A stretch of 64,000 nucleotides of DNA from Eledone cirrhosa (lineage: Eukaryota): NCBI GenBank assembly GCA_964016885.1, contig OZ024757.1, positions 39,432,001-39,496,000 on the forward strand, in the 5' to 3' direction. The notes beneath the pieces are model-generated. The model ran no database searches. It had not been told where the DNA came from and was given only the letters and a program-made list of their open reading frames with translations. This document shows, piece after piece, positions 13,162 through 26,353 of the stretch; position 1 is the stretch's first letter, and each line of letters opens with the position of its first letter. A program made the translations under genes and the position numbers.

Positions 13162-13195
<34 letters not shown>

Positions 13196-13472
13196 AGTAA
13201 ATACGAAGACATATTTATACTATTCCACACACATATAATATATATGTTATGTCTTCGACCACTGATTCCAACAACCAGCGTTCTAGGCCATCACGTGACA
13301 CCTGCGTTCCCAGCCATGGCACGCGCGGCCTTGGAGTAGTTACCATGGAGATGTAGCCCAAGACACAGCCGAGTTCTTTGAATTTACAGACGACAAATTA
13401 AAGACTGGGTTTTGGTGTTTTTTAACCAACTCACTGGGGCTGAGGATATAATATATATATATATATATATTA

Positions 13473-13561
<89 letters not shown>

Positions 13562-14229
13562 GTATTGTTACCAACAGTTTTAACTGTGTAGTTAAACTTA
13601 TAAATAATTATAAATATATAATTGAACATTAAACAACCTCAAAAGTTAAACTGCAGAGTCTGTAGCGGTAAAAAGAGTCGGTATTTAGCCATTTTAAATA
13701 AATATTATTAAACTCTACTTCGGTATTGGATACTCTCAGCCACACACACACACACAGAGACACTAACACTAACACCCACACACTCACCACACACACACAT
13801 ACACAGAGACACTAACACACACAGAGAGACACTAACACGCACACTCACAGACAGACACGCGCGCTCGCGCTTATTCCAACAACCAGCGTTCTAGGCCAGC
13901 ACGAGACACCTGCGTTCCCAGTCATGGCACGCGCTACCTCGGAGTAGTTACCATGGAGATCTAGCCCAGCACAATCTCGTTCTTTACAGACAACTTAAAG
14001 ACTGGGTTTGGTGTTTTTTAACAAATTCACTGGGCTGAGTGTGTATATATATATATATATATATATATTATCTCTCTCTCTCTCTCCTCTCCACCCTCTC
14101 TCTCCTCTCCACCCTCTCTCTCTCCTCTCTCCACCCTCTCTCTCTCTCCTCTCTCCTCTCTCTCTCCTCTCTCTCTCTCCTCTCTCTCCTCTCTCTCTCT
14201 CCTCTCTCTCTCCTCTCTCTCTCTCTCTC

Positions 14230-14261
<32 letters not shown>

Positions 14262-14273
14262 CCTCTCTCTCTC

Positions 14274-14308
<35 letters not shown>

Positions 14309-14850
14309 TCTCTCTCCCCCGTCTCTCTCCTGCTGGCCTTGCCAAAAGTAGAAACATTTATAATGTAACAACATAGCACTAGTTGTTTATATGATTTGCT
14401 TTGTATATCGTAGGATATGAATAAATTATGCTCTGTATTAAATGTACATTGCATTGAGCTGTCTTTGATGAGGAACTTAATCCATATATATATATATATA
14501 TAAAATAATTAAGTCAAATATGCAAAATGATATATATATAACTGTAAACATTGCCTCCTGAGTTTTGTTTGTTAATTTTCCAATAATATATTAAAATATA
14601 TATTAAAATATATATATATGTTAGTAAATACGAAGACATATTTATACTATTCCACTCACATATAATATATATGTTATGTCTTCGACCACTGATTCCAACA
14701 ACCAGCGTTCTAGGCCATCACGTGACACCAGAGTGCCCAGCCATGGCACGCGCGACCTTGGAGTAGTTACCATGGAGACACAGCCGAGTTCTTTGAATTT
14801 ACAGACGACAACTTTTAGACTGGGTTATGGTGTTTTTAACCAACTAAATA
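11631..14850 (+). repeat. Local amplification: five copies of a 150-180 bp module (starts about 11631, 12195, 13266, 13873, 14692) within larger duplicated units
   Basis: CCAGCGTTCTAGGCCA..GTTACCATGGAGA repeated five times; 12935-13170 also matches 14330-14600. Confidence 0.9.
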
Positions 14851-14941
14851 TGTTTGAGCAGCTTTTAAATAAACTTCTAGGCCATTGAACCTCGCCAATG
14901 TTATATTATACTTAGGAACGTGGCATTTGATAGTATTATAG

Positions 14942-14986
<45 letters not shown>

Positions 14987-15015
14987 TTATATTTATATTT
15001 ATATATATATATATA

Positions 15016-15180
15016 GTGACGAAACATAAGTCAATTGCATGAACTCATAATCCTTTATTTACTGCTATATATATTTCGATGATAGCCATTGAGTGGCTAT
15101 GACCTCATCAGGCAGTTAGTCAGTTCTTAGATATGCCAGCTCTGTGTTTATAGTGTTGATGGTATCAGAGCCTTGGGACA
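15016..15180 (-). mobile_element. Second copy of the 165-bp HHR mini-element
   Basis: Reverse complement of 1886-2050, one substitution seen; (TA)n on both sides. Confidence 0.85.
15061..15116 (-). ncRNA. Minimal type-I hammerhead ribozyme
   Basis: Same fold as 1950-2005. Confidence 0.78.
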
Positions 15181-15254
15181 TATCTATATATATATAAATA
15201 TATATATATATAAATATATATATATATTTATATATATATATATTTATATATATA

Positions 15255-15333
<79 letters not shown>

Positions 15334-15398
15334 ATTTATATTTATATATATATATATTTATATATATATATATTTATATTTATATATATATTTATATA

Positions 15399-15454
<56 letters not shown>

Positions 15455-15720
15455 AATCATAATATTATAAGGTTAAATCAAATTGTTTAGAACTATAATT
15501 GAAGTCATTCTTTTTCTTTTATTCAAATATACCTAACTGTACCAAGGATCTCACACATCTTCCTATATATATATGTGTGTGTGTGTGTGAGAGAGAGAGA
15601 GCAAGAGATATATAGATAGATAGATACAAAGATAGAGGGTCTCTCCCGTCGGTTTCGACGTAGGCGTATCCATACAATCTATTCAGTTTACTTGAAAGAG
15701 ATAGACATACGTACATCTCC

Positions 15721-15779
<59 letters not shown>

Positions 15780-15817
15780 CATATATATCTATATCTATAT
15801 ATATATATATATGTATG

Positions 15818-15855
<38 letters not shown>

Positions 15856-15859
15856 AACG

Positions 15860-16373
15860 GAGAATCAGTGTTGTGACGAATAACATTTGCGTACGAAAGG
15901 ACGGTTATATGATGTCTGTGTGAGATGTGCAATGCTGCATGGTAGTGAGACATGGCAGCAACTGCAGAGGATATACGACGGCTGCAGAGAAATGAGGCAA
16001 GTATGCTCCGTTGGATGTGCAATGTCAATGTGAGTGAACGACCAAGCATAGACGAGTTGAGAAAGAAACTGGGTATAAGAGGGATAAATTGTGGTGTGCA
16101 GGAGAGAAGGCTGAGATGGTATGGACATGTGATGCGCATGGAGGATGACCGATGGGTGAAGAAGTGCCAGAAAGTCCCAGTGCAGGGAAGACGCAGTAGA
16201 GGTAGACCACGAAAAACATGGGCGGAGGTGGTGAGAGCAGACCTCAGATGGCTGAAACTCACGGAGGAGAAGACGAATGACAGTGACGGGTGGAGAGATG
16301 CTGTGCTGAATAGGACCCGTCCAACCCTTGCAAGCAGGGAAAAGCGGACATAAAATGATGATGATGATGATGA
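15860..16373 (+). mobile_element. 5'-truncated RTE-clade LINE (ORF C-terminus + (TGA)n tail)
   Basis: LQRNEASMLRWMCNV..RRLRWYGHVMRM..GRRSRGRPRKTW; tail TGATGATGA. Confidence 0.9.
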
Positions 16374-16555
16374 TATATATATATATAAAAGAACGATAGA
16401 CTTTCGTCAAATAGGTCGCAACTCCAGGTAGAAGGAACAACGTGAAATAAAGTGTCTTGTGAGGTTGTGAGTTTGATTCCTGGACATAACGCATCGCCCG
16501 GTCCAGATATCAAACTCATAATTGCGAATCCAATTCTCTAACCATCAGCCACACG

Positions 16556-16619
<64 letters not shown>

Positions 16620-17509
16620 CTATTTATATTTAACCCTCATATATGTTATCTAAAAGAGTTGTCTCACTTCCCTCCCCCCTCTACTACAATGACAGCCTAG
16701 CTAACAATTATACAAGTTGTTTCCCCTGATTTATTGGAGAAGTACTGTTAAATTTATTCTGCTAGAAATAGCAGTCAACCTTTTAATGGATTTCAATCTA
16801 CTTTTAAAGAAAATTTATATATAGTCCCAGCCTATTAAAGTCAGTATTAATAAATAAATGGTCTGATATAATCTCTTGTCGCTGGCCATACTGTAGTCAT
16901 ATATAGAATGTGGCATTTTGATATATGTGTATATAGAGTGTGTTCCCCAAATTTGTATATAGATTTCAACAGCATTCTAATAAATATACATATATATTTT
17001 TAGGGGGACACCATGTATGTATATTTATATATATATATATATATTATTATATGTGTGTTTCTGTATTTTTGTGGCTGTGTATGTGTGTATGTATGTGTAT
17101 GTATGTGTGTGTGTGTGTGTATTTGTGTGTGTGTGTATGTGTATGTGTACGTGTGTGTATCTATGTATGTTTGTGTGCGTGTGTATGTGTGTATGTGTGT
17201 ATTTGTGTATGTGTGTGTGTATGTGTGTCTGTATATGTGTGTGCACGTGTATGTGTGTGTGTGTGTTTTCCATATCTAATTAAGTTGGTTAAAACACCAA
17301 GAGCCAGTCTTAACGCACACTCACAAACGCCATATATATATGAGGTTGTCAGTTCGATTCCCAGACCGTTATGTCCTTGAGCAAGACACTTTATTTCACG
17401 TTGCTCCTTCTACCTGGAGTTGCGACCGATAGATAATATTAGAAATTGGAAAGACCAACGGAAACATTGTTTCCTCGGTCTGATTTGACGAAAAGTCGAT
17501 TGACTGTCT

Positions 17510-17795
17510 GTCTTTGTTAGGATTGCTAAAGTTGATTATATCTTTATCCCAGTATTTTACTGGTACAGTTGAATAATAATACATTAAGCCTGCAGTTTGT
17601 TGGGATTGCTAGAGTTGAAAATATCTTTAACCCAGTATTTTACTGGTAAAATTAAATGAAAATACATTAAGCCTGGAATTTGTTAGGGCTGCTAGACTTG
17701 ATTATATCTACCCACAATATGTTACTGGTACGGTTAAATAATAACACATTGTTGGGCTTGCTAAAGTTTATAATATCTATATCCCATTATTTTAC
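17510..17795. repeat. About 83-bp minisatellite, about 4 units, interrupted downstream by SINEs
   Basis: TTGTT.GG..TGCTA.A.TT recurs; CCCAGTATTTTACTGGTA in successive units. Confidence 0.8.
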
Positions 17796-17796
17796 A

Positions 17797-18083
17797 TTTC
17801 TGAGTTCAAATCCCGCCGAGGTTAACTTTGCCGTTCATCCTTACGGGGTCGATAAAATAAAGTACCAGTAATGCTGGCCTTGTGCCAAAAGTAGAAACAA
17901 TTATTTTACATTGGCAGTATCGGTAGAGGCTCGGACGCCATTCTTTGCAGCATAAAGTTACAGCCCTTTACGGTCTGAGTTCAAATCCCGCCGAGGTTAA
18001 CCTTGCCTTTCATTTCTTACGGGGTCGATAAAATAAAGTACCAGCATGCACTGGGGTAATTGCTGAAAGTAGAAACAATTATT
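17797..18083 (+). mobile_element. Two tandem family A SINEs
   Basis: B-box and central domain present twice. Confidence 0.85.
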
Positions 18084-18112
18084 TTACTGGTACTGTATTA
18101 TATAGAGAGAAA

Positions 18113-18385
18113 TGCATTCCATCGGTTACGACGATGTGTGTTCCAGTTGATCCGATTGAGAGAACAGCCTGCTTATGAAATTAACTTGCAAGTGGCTTAG
18201 CATTACACACGTACCCTTCAAGTAGTTCTCAGGGAGATTCAGCGTGACACAGAATATGACAAGGCTGGTCATTCGAACTACAGGTACAACTATAAGTTGA
18301 GGAGCAACGTGAAATAAAATGTCTTGTTCAAGGACAAAACGCGCTACTGAGAATCGAACTCACAACCTTACGATTGTAAGCCTAT
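18113..18385 (-). mobile_element. Second tRNA-derived SINE family (B)
   Basis: Minus strand GTGAGTTCGATTC..GTCCTTGAACAAGACATTTTATTTCACGTTGCTCC; relatives near 3190-3375, 16430-16555, 17340-17500, 53455-53560, 58280-58410, 63010-63210. Confidence 0.7.
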
Positions 18386-19077
18386 TCATATTACTGTATA
18401 TAATCACAGTTAAATAACGCAATTTCGCGGATTACTAAAATTGATAATATCCATCCCAAGTATTTTAAATCACAACTAAATAACATATTAGTGTTGCAAC
18501 TTGGTACATCACTTGTACTGTTCTACTCTATATAACCACAAGTAAATAACACATTAGATCTGCAAATCCCCAGTATTTTAGCAAGTGTTTCAGCTATGAC
18601 CCTCGTCAGGTATCTGACTAGGGAGATATTATCTAATATGTTAGGTAGGTTAATGTGGTTGATATTTTAGCTATTATCTCTCTATCTAGCAAGTCGAGCA
18701 GGCTGGTTCCTTCTCAACAGTTCCTTCCCCTAACAGTCGGAAGATATCGAAGAGGAATTATGAAAAAGCGATACCATTTCGTGAACTGTTGTCGCTTACA
18801 TTTGCTGATTCTTCATCGGAATGCAGTTGAAAGGGAGGTAACACACAGAAATTTAATTATATATCTTGTTTTCACTTTAATCGGAGGTTATCTCCCACAT
18901 ATGTTTTATATTTTAGCATTTGGTTAGCTATGTTATTAATTTAAATAGAGAGCATAGAAAATTTAAAGCAAATTTAAGGCAAAAATTTAAGGCAGATATA
19001 GTTACAGTAACTATTAGAATTTCCTTTTTCGCTCTAACATAGTGGATATGTAGATGTATTTGTGACTTTTATATCGA

Positions 19078-19425
19078 ATAATAATTGTTTCTACTTTTGG
19101 CACAAGGCCAGCAATTACCCAGTGCATTACTGGTACTTTATTTTATCGACCCCGTAAGGATGAAAGGCAAAGTCAACCTCGGCGGGATTTGAACTCAGAT
19201 CGTAAAGGGACGTAACTATGCTGGAAAGCATGCCCGACCCTCTACCGATACTGCCAAATCACCATCGAATAATAATGGTTTCTTATATAGGCACAAGGCC
19301 GCCAATTTTGGGGAGGGAAAAGTCGATTAAATCGAAACCAGTGCGAGACTGGTACTTTATTTTATCGACTCCTCGAGAAAGAAACACGAATCTAGCCTTG
19401 CCGCGATTTAAACTCAGAACGTAAA
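19078..19425 (-). mobile_element. Two tandem family A SINEs
   Basis: Full-length copy 19078-19263 plus a diverged copy. Confidence 0.85.
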
Positions 19426-19700
19426 GTTTTGAGTTCGAATCTTGCCAAGATCTACTTTGCCTGTTTTTTAAATTTATTTATTTATTTTTTTTTTTTGCTT
19501 TGTTATTTCTATGGCCTCGTGTTAGAAATAATAGTTTCTTCTGTAGATGTAATACAATGTATGTAGAGGTATGAAGACATAACTGTTGTTGTAATCGTAG
19601 GGACACTATTGTGTACATGGCGGAGAACATCATTTCACCAGGTGGAAACAGAGAGAGAGAGAGAGAGAGATGGAGGGAGAGGAAGTAAGAAAAAGATATA

Positions 19701-19728
19701 GAGAAATGATCGGCCCCAGCACTGTACC

Positions 19729-19816
<88 letters not shown>

Positions 19817-19962
19817 CTTCTTCTTCTTCTTCTTCTTCTTCTTCTTCTTCTTCTTCTTCTTCTTCTTCTTCTTCTTCTTCTTCTTCTTCTTCTAGAGAGA
19901 GAGAGAGACAGAGAGAGCGAGAAATAATCGACCCTAGCACTGTATTTGTTGTTGTTGTTGTT

Positions 19963-20001
<39 letters not shown>

Positions 20002-20124
20002 CTTCTTCTTCTTCTTCTTCTTCTTCTTCTTCTTCTTCTTCTTCTTCTTCTTCTTCTTCTTCTTCTTCTTCTAGAGAGAGAGAGAGTCAGAGAGAGCGGG
20101 AAATAATCGACCCCAGCACTGTAT

Positions 20125-20183
<59 letters not shown>

Positions 20184-20224
20184 CTTCTTCTTCTTCTTCT
20201 TCTTCTTCTTCTTCTTCTTCTTCT

Positions 20225-20257
<33 letters not shown>

Positions 20258-20282
20258 GAGAGAGGGAGAGAGAGAGAGAGAG
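19701..20282. repeat. Three-unit higher-order repeat: spacer-(GTT)n-(CTT)n-(AG)n
   Basis: Spacer GAAAT.ATCG.CCC.AGCACTGTA at about 19703, 19921, 20100. Confidence 0.9.
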
Positions 20283-20289
20283 AAAGAGG

Positions 20290-20500
20290 TGAGTCTTCGG
20301 GTCAGAGTCCCCAAACATTCCTTCTAGCGGTTCCTGTCAAAAAGCAACCGTCTGCAATTTATCCAGCAGGATCCCCAAGCGACACCAGACCAGTCAATGT
20401 CACAGATGTTATCCAACCATCTTGCTCGGGATCTACCCCTGGGTCTCCTCCCGTCTGGTATAATAAGGAAGACATGATATAACGAGTGCTGGAAACAACA
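20290..20500 (-). mobile_element. Degraded RTE-like LINE 3' fragment
   Basis: Minus frame PDGRRPRGRSRARWLDNI. Confidence 0.6.
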
Positions 20501-20794
20501 CCTTAATAGCCACTACTTTTGTTTGGCCTCGACTCGAGGGCAGACTAAAAACATTAAGACAAATCTTAGGTGTCAAACTTGGTAAGATTTTTTTTAAATG
20601 TCTTTGTTGGAGGAGAACGAGTATATGCTGGGTGATATATCTTAACAGGATTTCGACACCCTATTTTTCATAACGTATATATAATATATCACGTATGTCT
20701 GTTTTTCTTTTCTCTCTAATCTTTTTCCTCATTTTTTCCTGTTCCTTCCTATTATTGCTCTTTAATTTCTATTTACCTTCTAATTATAACTCTA

Positions 20795-20899
20795 TCTTCT
20801 CATGAAAGACGAGTGTCCGAAACATTAAGAATCTCTTTCTGCTATTTCAAGCGTTAAACTAATATATTACCGTGCCGTTTGTTTTGTTACATTTGTTAT

Positions 20900-20905
<6 letters not shown>
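20795..20905 (+). mobile_element. Degenerate copy of the PLE 3' end seen at 44090-44330
   Basis: TCTT-CTCATGA-AAGAC..GTCC-GAAACATT-AAGA then CTGCTATTTCAAGCGTTAA.CTAATATA; HHR G5 is mutated. Confidence 0.6.
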
Positions 20906-20984
<79 letters not shown>

Positions 20985-20988
<4 letters not shown>

Positions 20989-21841
20989 TTAGTTGAGCAA
21001 AACAAGACAACAAACTTCACAAGGAAGACATTATTAAAAGATTGTCAACATATTTTAGTTTGATGTAAGGAATGTAGAGAATAATAATAATAATATTAAT
21101 AATAATAATGTCCGTTTACAATTGTTTCGCTACTCCATATAATATTTCTGGATCAGATGACTATATATCATAATTGATCTGGTTCAGTTGAAAATAATTA
21201 ACATATTTAAAAAAACAGAGTGGCTCATCGGAACTCAAAGGAATATAAATTAAAATAATGTTACATAATATAATGTTCCATATATTGGTTTTTACTATGG
21301 TGTCTTGGTTGCATCAGCTGTCAGCCATAATCAAGCAGTATTCATCTGTCGAGGCTGCATTGTGTGAGATCTGCCTATGGGTAACAAGATGGCTGCCAAA
21401 GGGCATATTTACCTTACTAATTAGAGGGTGGTTTCAGGGGAAGTAACTTCCCGAGAGATTAGAGATTTATTAGTATTTATAGTTAAGTGCTATTATTTAA
21501 ATTTTTTAATTGAGAGACAATGTAGGGGAGGTAACTTATAATTATCGAGTTGTTCATAGCAATTTAACTTATTAGCTACAAGTAGAACTGGGGCTACATG
21601 ACTAAGTTGGGTCAAAAACTCTATTGGCGAAGGAATTAGCCCTTCGATGTTGACAGCTAATGGTTACCTCCGTTCTATCGTTAATCGGTAGAGGTCGTGA
21701 TAGAGTTATGTAATATGCTTCCGTAACACAGAGATCACAGGATTTCCTTCGTCCATTGAACGGTTGGGCCCTAGCTACGATATCCCATTTTAGTGAGTGC
21801 TGAACGCTCTGCGCACCTAACTTCTGCATGAACCCATCCAC
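20985..21841 (-). mobile_element. 5'-truncated Penelope-like element: GIY-YIG endonuclease C-terminus + 3' pLTR ending in (TA)n
   Basis: ORF 21602-21841: LKWDIVARAQPFNGRRKSCDLCVTEAYYI..INDRTEVTISCQH (KW, CxxC, E, N, CxH); HHR 370 nt downstream. Confidence 0.8.
21114..21234 (-). ncRNA. Minimal type-I HHR, C4 core, long stem-II insert
   Basis: GTT-CCGATGA-GCCACTC[about 80 nt]GAGTAGC-GAAA-caattg-TA-AAC. Confidence 0.6.
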
Positions 21842-21975
21842 CTAGCTGCTTTCTACTGCATATTGCACATTGAGCACATGCCTTTACGCTTTGGCTTCTA
21901 ACTAACTCCCCAATCTCTCCTCTCATATCTCCTCTACTATCTCAATCTCTCTCTTTAAGATTGGTTACTCTTGAA

Positions 21976-22093
<118 letters not shown>

Positions 22094-22870
22094 TGAGAAG
22101 ATAGAGATAAAGAGAAATTGCTTAGCTGAAACTGAAGAGATTTCTAATCAAGGGAGGACTCAATGCATTGAAAAATGTAGAGTGCGTATAGAGATAGGTG
22201 TGATCACGTTCGAAATGATGTATGACAATGTTGAACTTGGTGAGTTTTGAGCTCTGAGATCCGGTACGAATACCTCAAATCATTCTAATTAACCATTAAT
22301 CGACGCTGTCTATTCATCCAGCTTATATTTGAAAAATATGTACTAAATGCCAATACATTTCTCTCTCGCAAACTAGACTCAATTTGCTTTGCTGTTTTTT
22401 TTTTTGTATAGTTTCTAATTTTGCATTAAGTTGTTGAGTCCAGCTTCTATTAATCTTTGATGTTATTGGTTATATACGTATATTTTTAAACTTTCATAAA
22501 TATTAGATTATGATATTTCATAGACATTAGTGTGATTTGGATTCAAGTTTTAATTTGAATTCTGAAAACACATTTGAACAAATATATCACTGAAGGAAAT
22601 TTATGTTTAGAACATCATAGGTCATGGTTGAATCCCGAAAACTTAGGTCACGATAAGTCAGGGAGTGTCTGATTGTTAATTAAAGAGAGATAGCGGTATT
22701 GTAAACTTTGTAAACTTTAAGTGACGTAGCATATGTTGATATCATGTCGGGATACTCACATCAGACCATATGGATTTCAAATGCTGAATCTTTTTTCTTT
22801 TTTCATTTGTCTTTTAAATTTACGATTTTAACCATATCTGTAATTTCGTAATGCTGCAATACCCTTTCTA

Positions 22871-22911
<41 letters not shown>

Positions 22912-22936
22912 TGATGAGGATAATATTAATAATAAT

Positions 22937-23130
22937 AATAATTGTTTCTACTTTTGGCAAAAGGCCAGCAATTACTCAGTGCATTACTGGTACTTTATTT
23001 TATCGATCCCGTAAGGATGAAAGGCAAAGTTAACCTCGGCGGGATTTGAACTCAGAATGTCAAAGGCCATAACTCTATGCATCAAAGCATGGTACCCGAC
23101 CCTCTACCGATACTGCCAATCCACCGCCCT
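22937..23130 (-). mobile_element. Full-length family A SINE in an (AAT)n tract
   Basis: Head GGCGGTGGATTGGCAGTATCGGTAGAG through tail; (AAT)n on both sides. Confidence 0.9.
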
Positions 23131-23133
23131 TAT

Positions 23134-23178
<45 letters not shown>

Positions 23179-23971
23179 CAAACCCCAAAAAACTTGTGTA
23201 GAACGTAGCGTTTCTTTTCATCATCTCAAATTTTTATCTCTAACGTAGGTATGATAAACTCTCTTAAAACTGTTTGTTATTTCTTGTATGTTTTCCTTTT
23301 TGCCTTCTAGCGACAAATAAAATACACCACATATACTGTGAAATGTGTCTGGGTTATTGATGGAACCACTTGAAGCCATTATTAAAACTGTAAAGTGAAT
23401 TTATGATTTATATCTCATAATCTCGACGAAAAAAAAAAATCCCCAACAAAAAAGCCAAAAGGAAAACGAACATAAATTATATTATTCGAAGCTGATACCA
23501 CGTACGATATTAAAGTTCATAAAATATACATTAAAAAGCTTTTTATAAATGCTGTCAGTTAATAGGATAAGTGTTCAAAGAAGGTATTAAAACAGCAAAA
23601 TACGAATATACGTTTTTATTAATAGCCTCAAACGTGTATGAGATGATGGTGCTGGTACTGATGGTGAATTGATATCACTTTTGAATACGGCACGCTAAAT
23701 AAATGTAGTATAACTACACTGCTCCATGCGAGAATATCTAGTTTCAGAATATCGCAATATAAACATTTAAAGCTGCAAAATGGCAGACACTTTAGAACAT
23801 CCATTAGAATGTTGTTTTCTTTTTTAACTATTTGCTTCGGCTCTATGTGCTCTCGGTTCAAATCTCGCCAAAGTCAACATTGTCCGTCATCAATTCGAGA
23901 TCAATAAATAGAGTAGATATTTGATAGATAAAGTAAGTTTACCACGAGGGTCGATTCTACTTCTATATGTC

Positions 23972-24049
<78 letters not shown>

Positions 24050-24289
24050 TTTCCATCTTTCTTTGTCTTCTCTCTCTCACTATCTCTCCAGGGTGTTGTA
24101 TTGACAGTATCGGTAGAGCATCGCGCAACATGGTCTGCGGCATATAGCTACATCGATTTATACTCTGAGTTCAAGTCCCGCCGATATTAGCTTTGACTTT
24201 CATCCTAATAGGGTCCGTATAATAAAGTACCAGTAACGCACTGGGGTTGATAAAATAAGGTATCAGTAGAAACAGTTAATCCCCCTCTT

Positions 24290-24364
<75 letters not shown>

Positions 24365-25024
24365 AAATAGGTTCTATTTAGACAATTAGATGAATGGACT
24401 TTGTCCGGTGTAAATTCCCAGGACATGCTATATAAGGCAATAATACTTGTACAACTCTAACCCTGCTTTTATAACCAAACATACACCTACAGCAATTAAT
24501 TTGTGCTACGTGGGGTAGGTATTAACACATCAACTACAGAACCTCGATGCGATAAAATACGAAACAGAGGTTGCTCTATTCCTTTGACGAACTTACATTA
24601 AAAATATAGAATTGTTATTGTATCGGTATGCCAATGTTAGAAATTTGTAAGAATTACACAAGAAACACTTAAGAAGTTAATATCCTGGTAGCTACGTAGA
24701 AATTATAACTACATACATCATGGGATTCACAAAATCCTAGTATCAGATTTGAAGCAGCCATAAAAATAATACGTTATAAATATATACATAACATAAACCT
24801 GAAAGACGCCATTGTTTCAGAGTTTATGCGTCTCTCTTGTAAACTAAGCTTCCTAATCTGACGTCATTGAATAGCCTCGTTTTCATAAAACTCTCACATG
24901 ATAAATCCACCATCAAAACAAGACAAATGGGCAAGTTTTACTTAGTATTTTAAACACATGCATATATATATATATGGTGAAAGCAGCGATTCTTTGCTTA
25001 AACTTTAATCTGTTATTTTAATAA

Positions 25025-25076
<52 letters not shown>

Positions 25077-25187
25077 ATACTTGGGGAGGGTCATATCTGT
25101 GTAATATTGCCAGAATTAATAACAGAACACACTCATGTATAGGCATGTATATATATATATAGATGCATGTGTATATATGCATGTGTA

Positions 25188-25228
<41 letters not shown>

Positions 25229-25755
25229 TCCCGACATAATTATACACACACAAATTAACATACACATACGTGTATATCTATCTATCCATATGTATATGTA
25301 TACATATCCATATATACTAATGCATATTCATACACACATATACACACATATATAGAGAGATAGGTGTGTATGTATATATAAATTGATATGAATATATATA
25401 AGTATGTGTGTGTGTGTGATTATAAACAACCTAAAGATTCGCCCATATCTAAAATATCGTCGATAATATATTCTATGTCTAGAATATATTTAAAACTTTA
25501 TCTCACTCTTCCAATCAATAACCACAAATTTAAGACTATTTTATTTATTATGTATTCATAAGAGAATAACTATTCTCCCCTATTGTCAATAGTAGTCACA
25601 ATGTCCTTAATAAATTCTATTACGAGAGACTATGATAATTAAGATATTCTTTAAAATTCATGTTATTCATTCAAAATATGTAATAAATATAATATATGTA
25701 GGATAACTCCTGTGAGAAAATGCAATGCTACTCTAAAATCTTACTTTGAAAAAAT

Positions 25756-25839
25756 TATGAATTTATAACTTAACTCATTAGTTAAAACTTGAATAGCTGG
25801 GTACGTATAGTATAGAAAGACAAACATAAAATCACATAC

Positions 25840-25915
<76 letters not shown>

Positions 25916-25993
25916 GTATGTGATTTTATGTTTGTCTTTCTATACTATACGTACCCAGCTATTCAAGTTTAAACTAATGAGTTAAGTTATAAA

Positions 25994-25999
<6 letters not shown>
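25756..25999. repeat. Palindrome: 87-bp arms around a central (TA)n of about 70 bp
   Basis: 25756-25842 is the reverse complement of 25913-25999, one mismatch seen. Confidence 0.9.
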
Positions 26000-26042
<43 letters not shown>

Positions 26043-26152
26043 ATTTATATACACATACGGAGGTTTATTTTATATATACACACACTCAGATATATATATA
26101 TTTACATATTTTGGCATCTCTGTTGTTTAGTTTCATTTATCAACTATATATG

Positions 26153-26219
<67 letters not shown>

Positions 26220-26307
26220 ATATATACATATAATATATACATATATACATATAGAATATATACATATATAATATATATATGTATATAATATATACATATA
26301 TAATATA

Positions 26308-26353
<46 letters not shown>

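Noticed and set aside
11631-14850. CRISPR-like array (also considered for 4938-5095 and 17510-17795)
   Set aside because: Units are long or tandem without unique equal-length spacers; the context is eukaryotic with no cas genes.
18582-18615. Minus-strand CTGACGA..GAAA hammerhead candidate
   Set aside because: No UH triplet followed by a stem I partner; at best a truncated relic.
19635-19940. Poly-E/poly-Q ORF
   Set aside because: It is the (GTT)n(CTT)n cassette, triplicated, with no unique coding context.
22760-22870. Minus-strand exon ending at a GTGAGT donor
   Set aside because: All three frames contain stops between the plausible acceptor and the donor.
22937-23130. tRNA genes at SINE heads
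   Set aside because: A/B boxes are present, but there is no cloverleaf and the heads continue into SINE body and tail.
24371-24460. Possible + strand exon (VLFRQLDEWTLSGVNSQDMLYK) after a (CT)n tract
   Set aside because: No convincing donor and no recognisable homology; needs RNA-seq.
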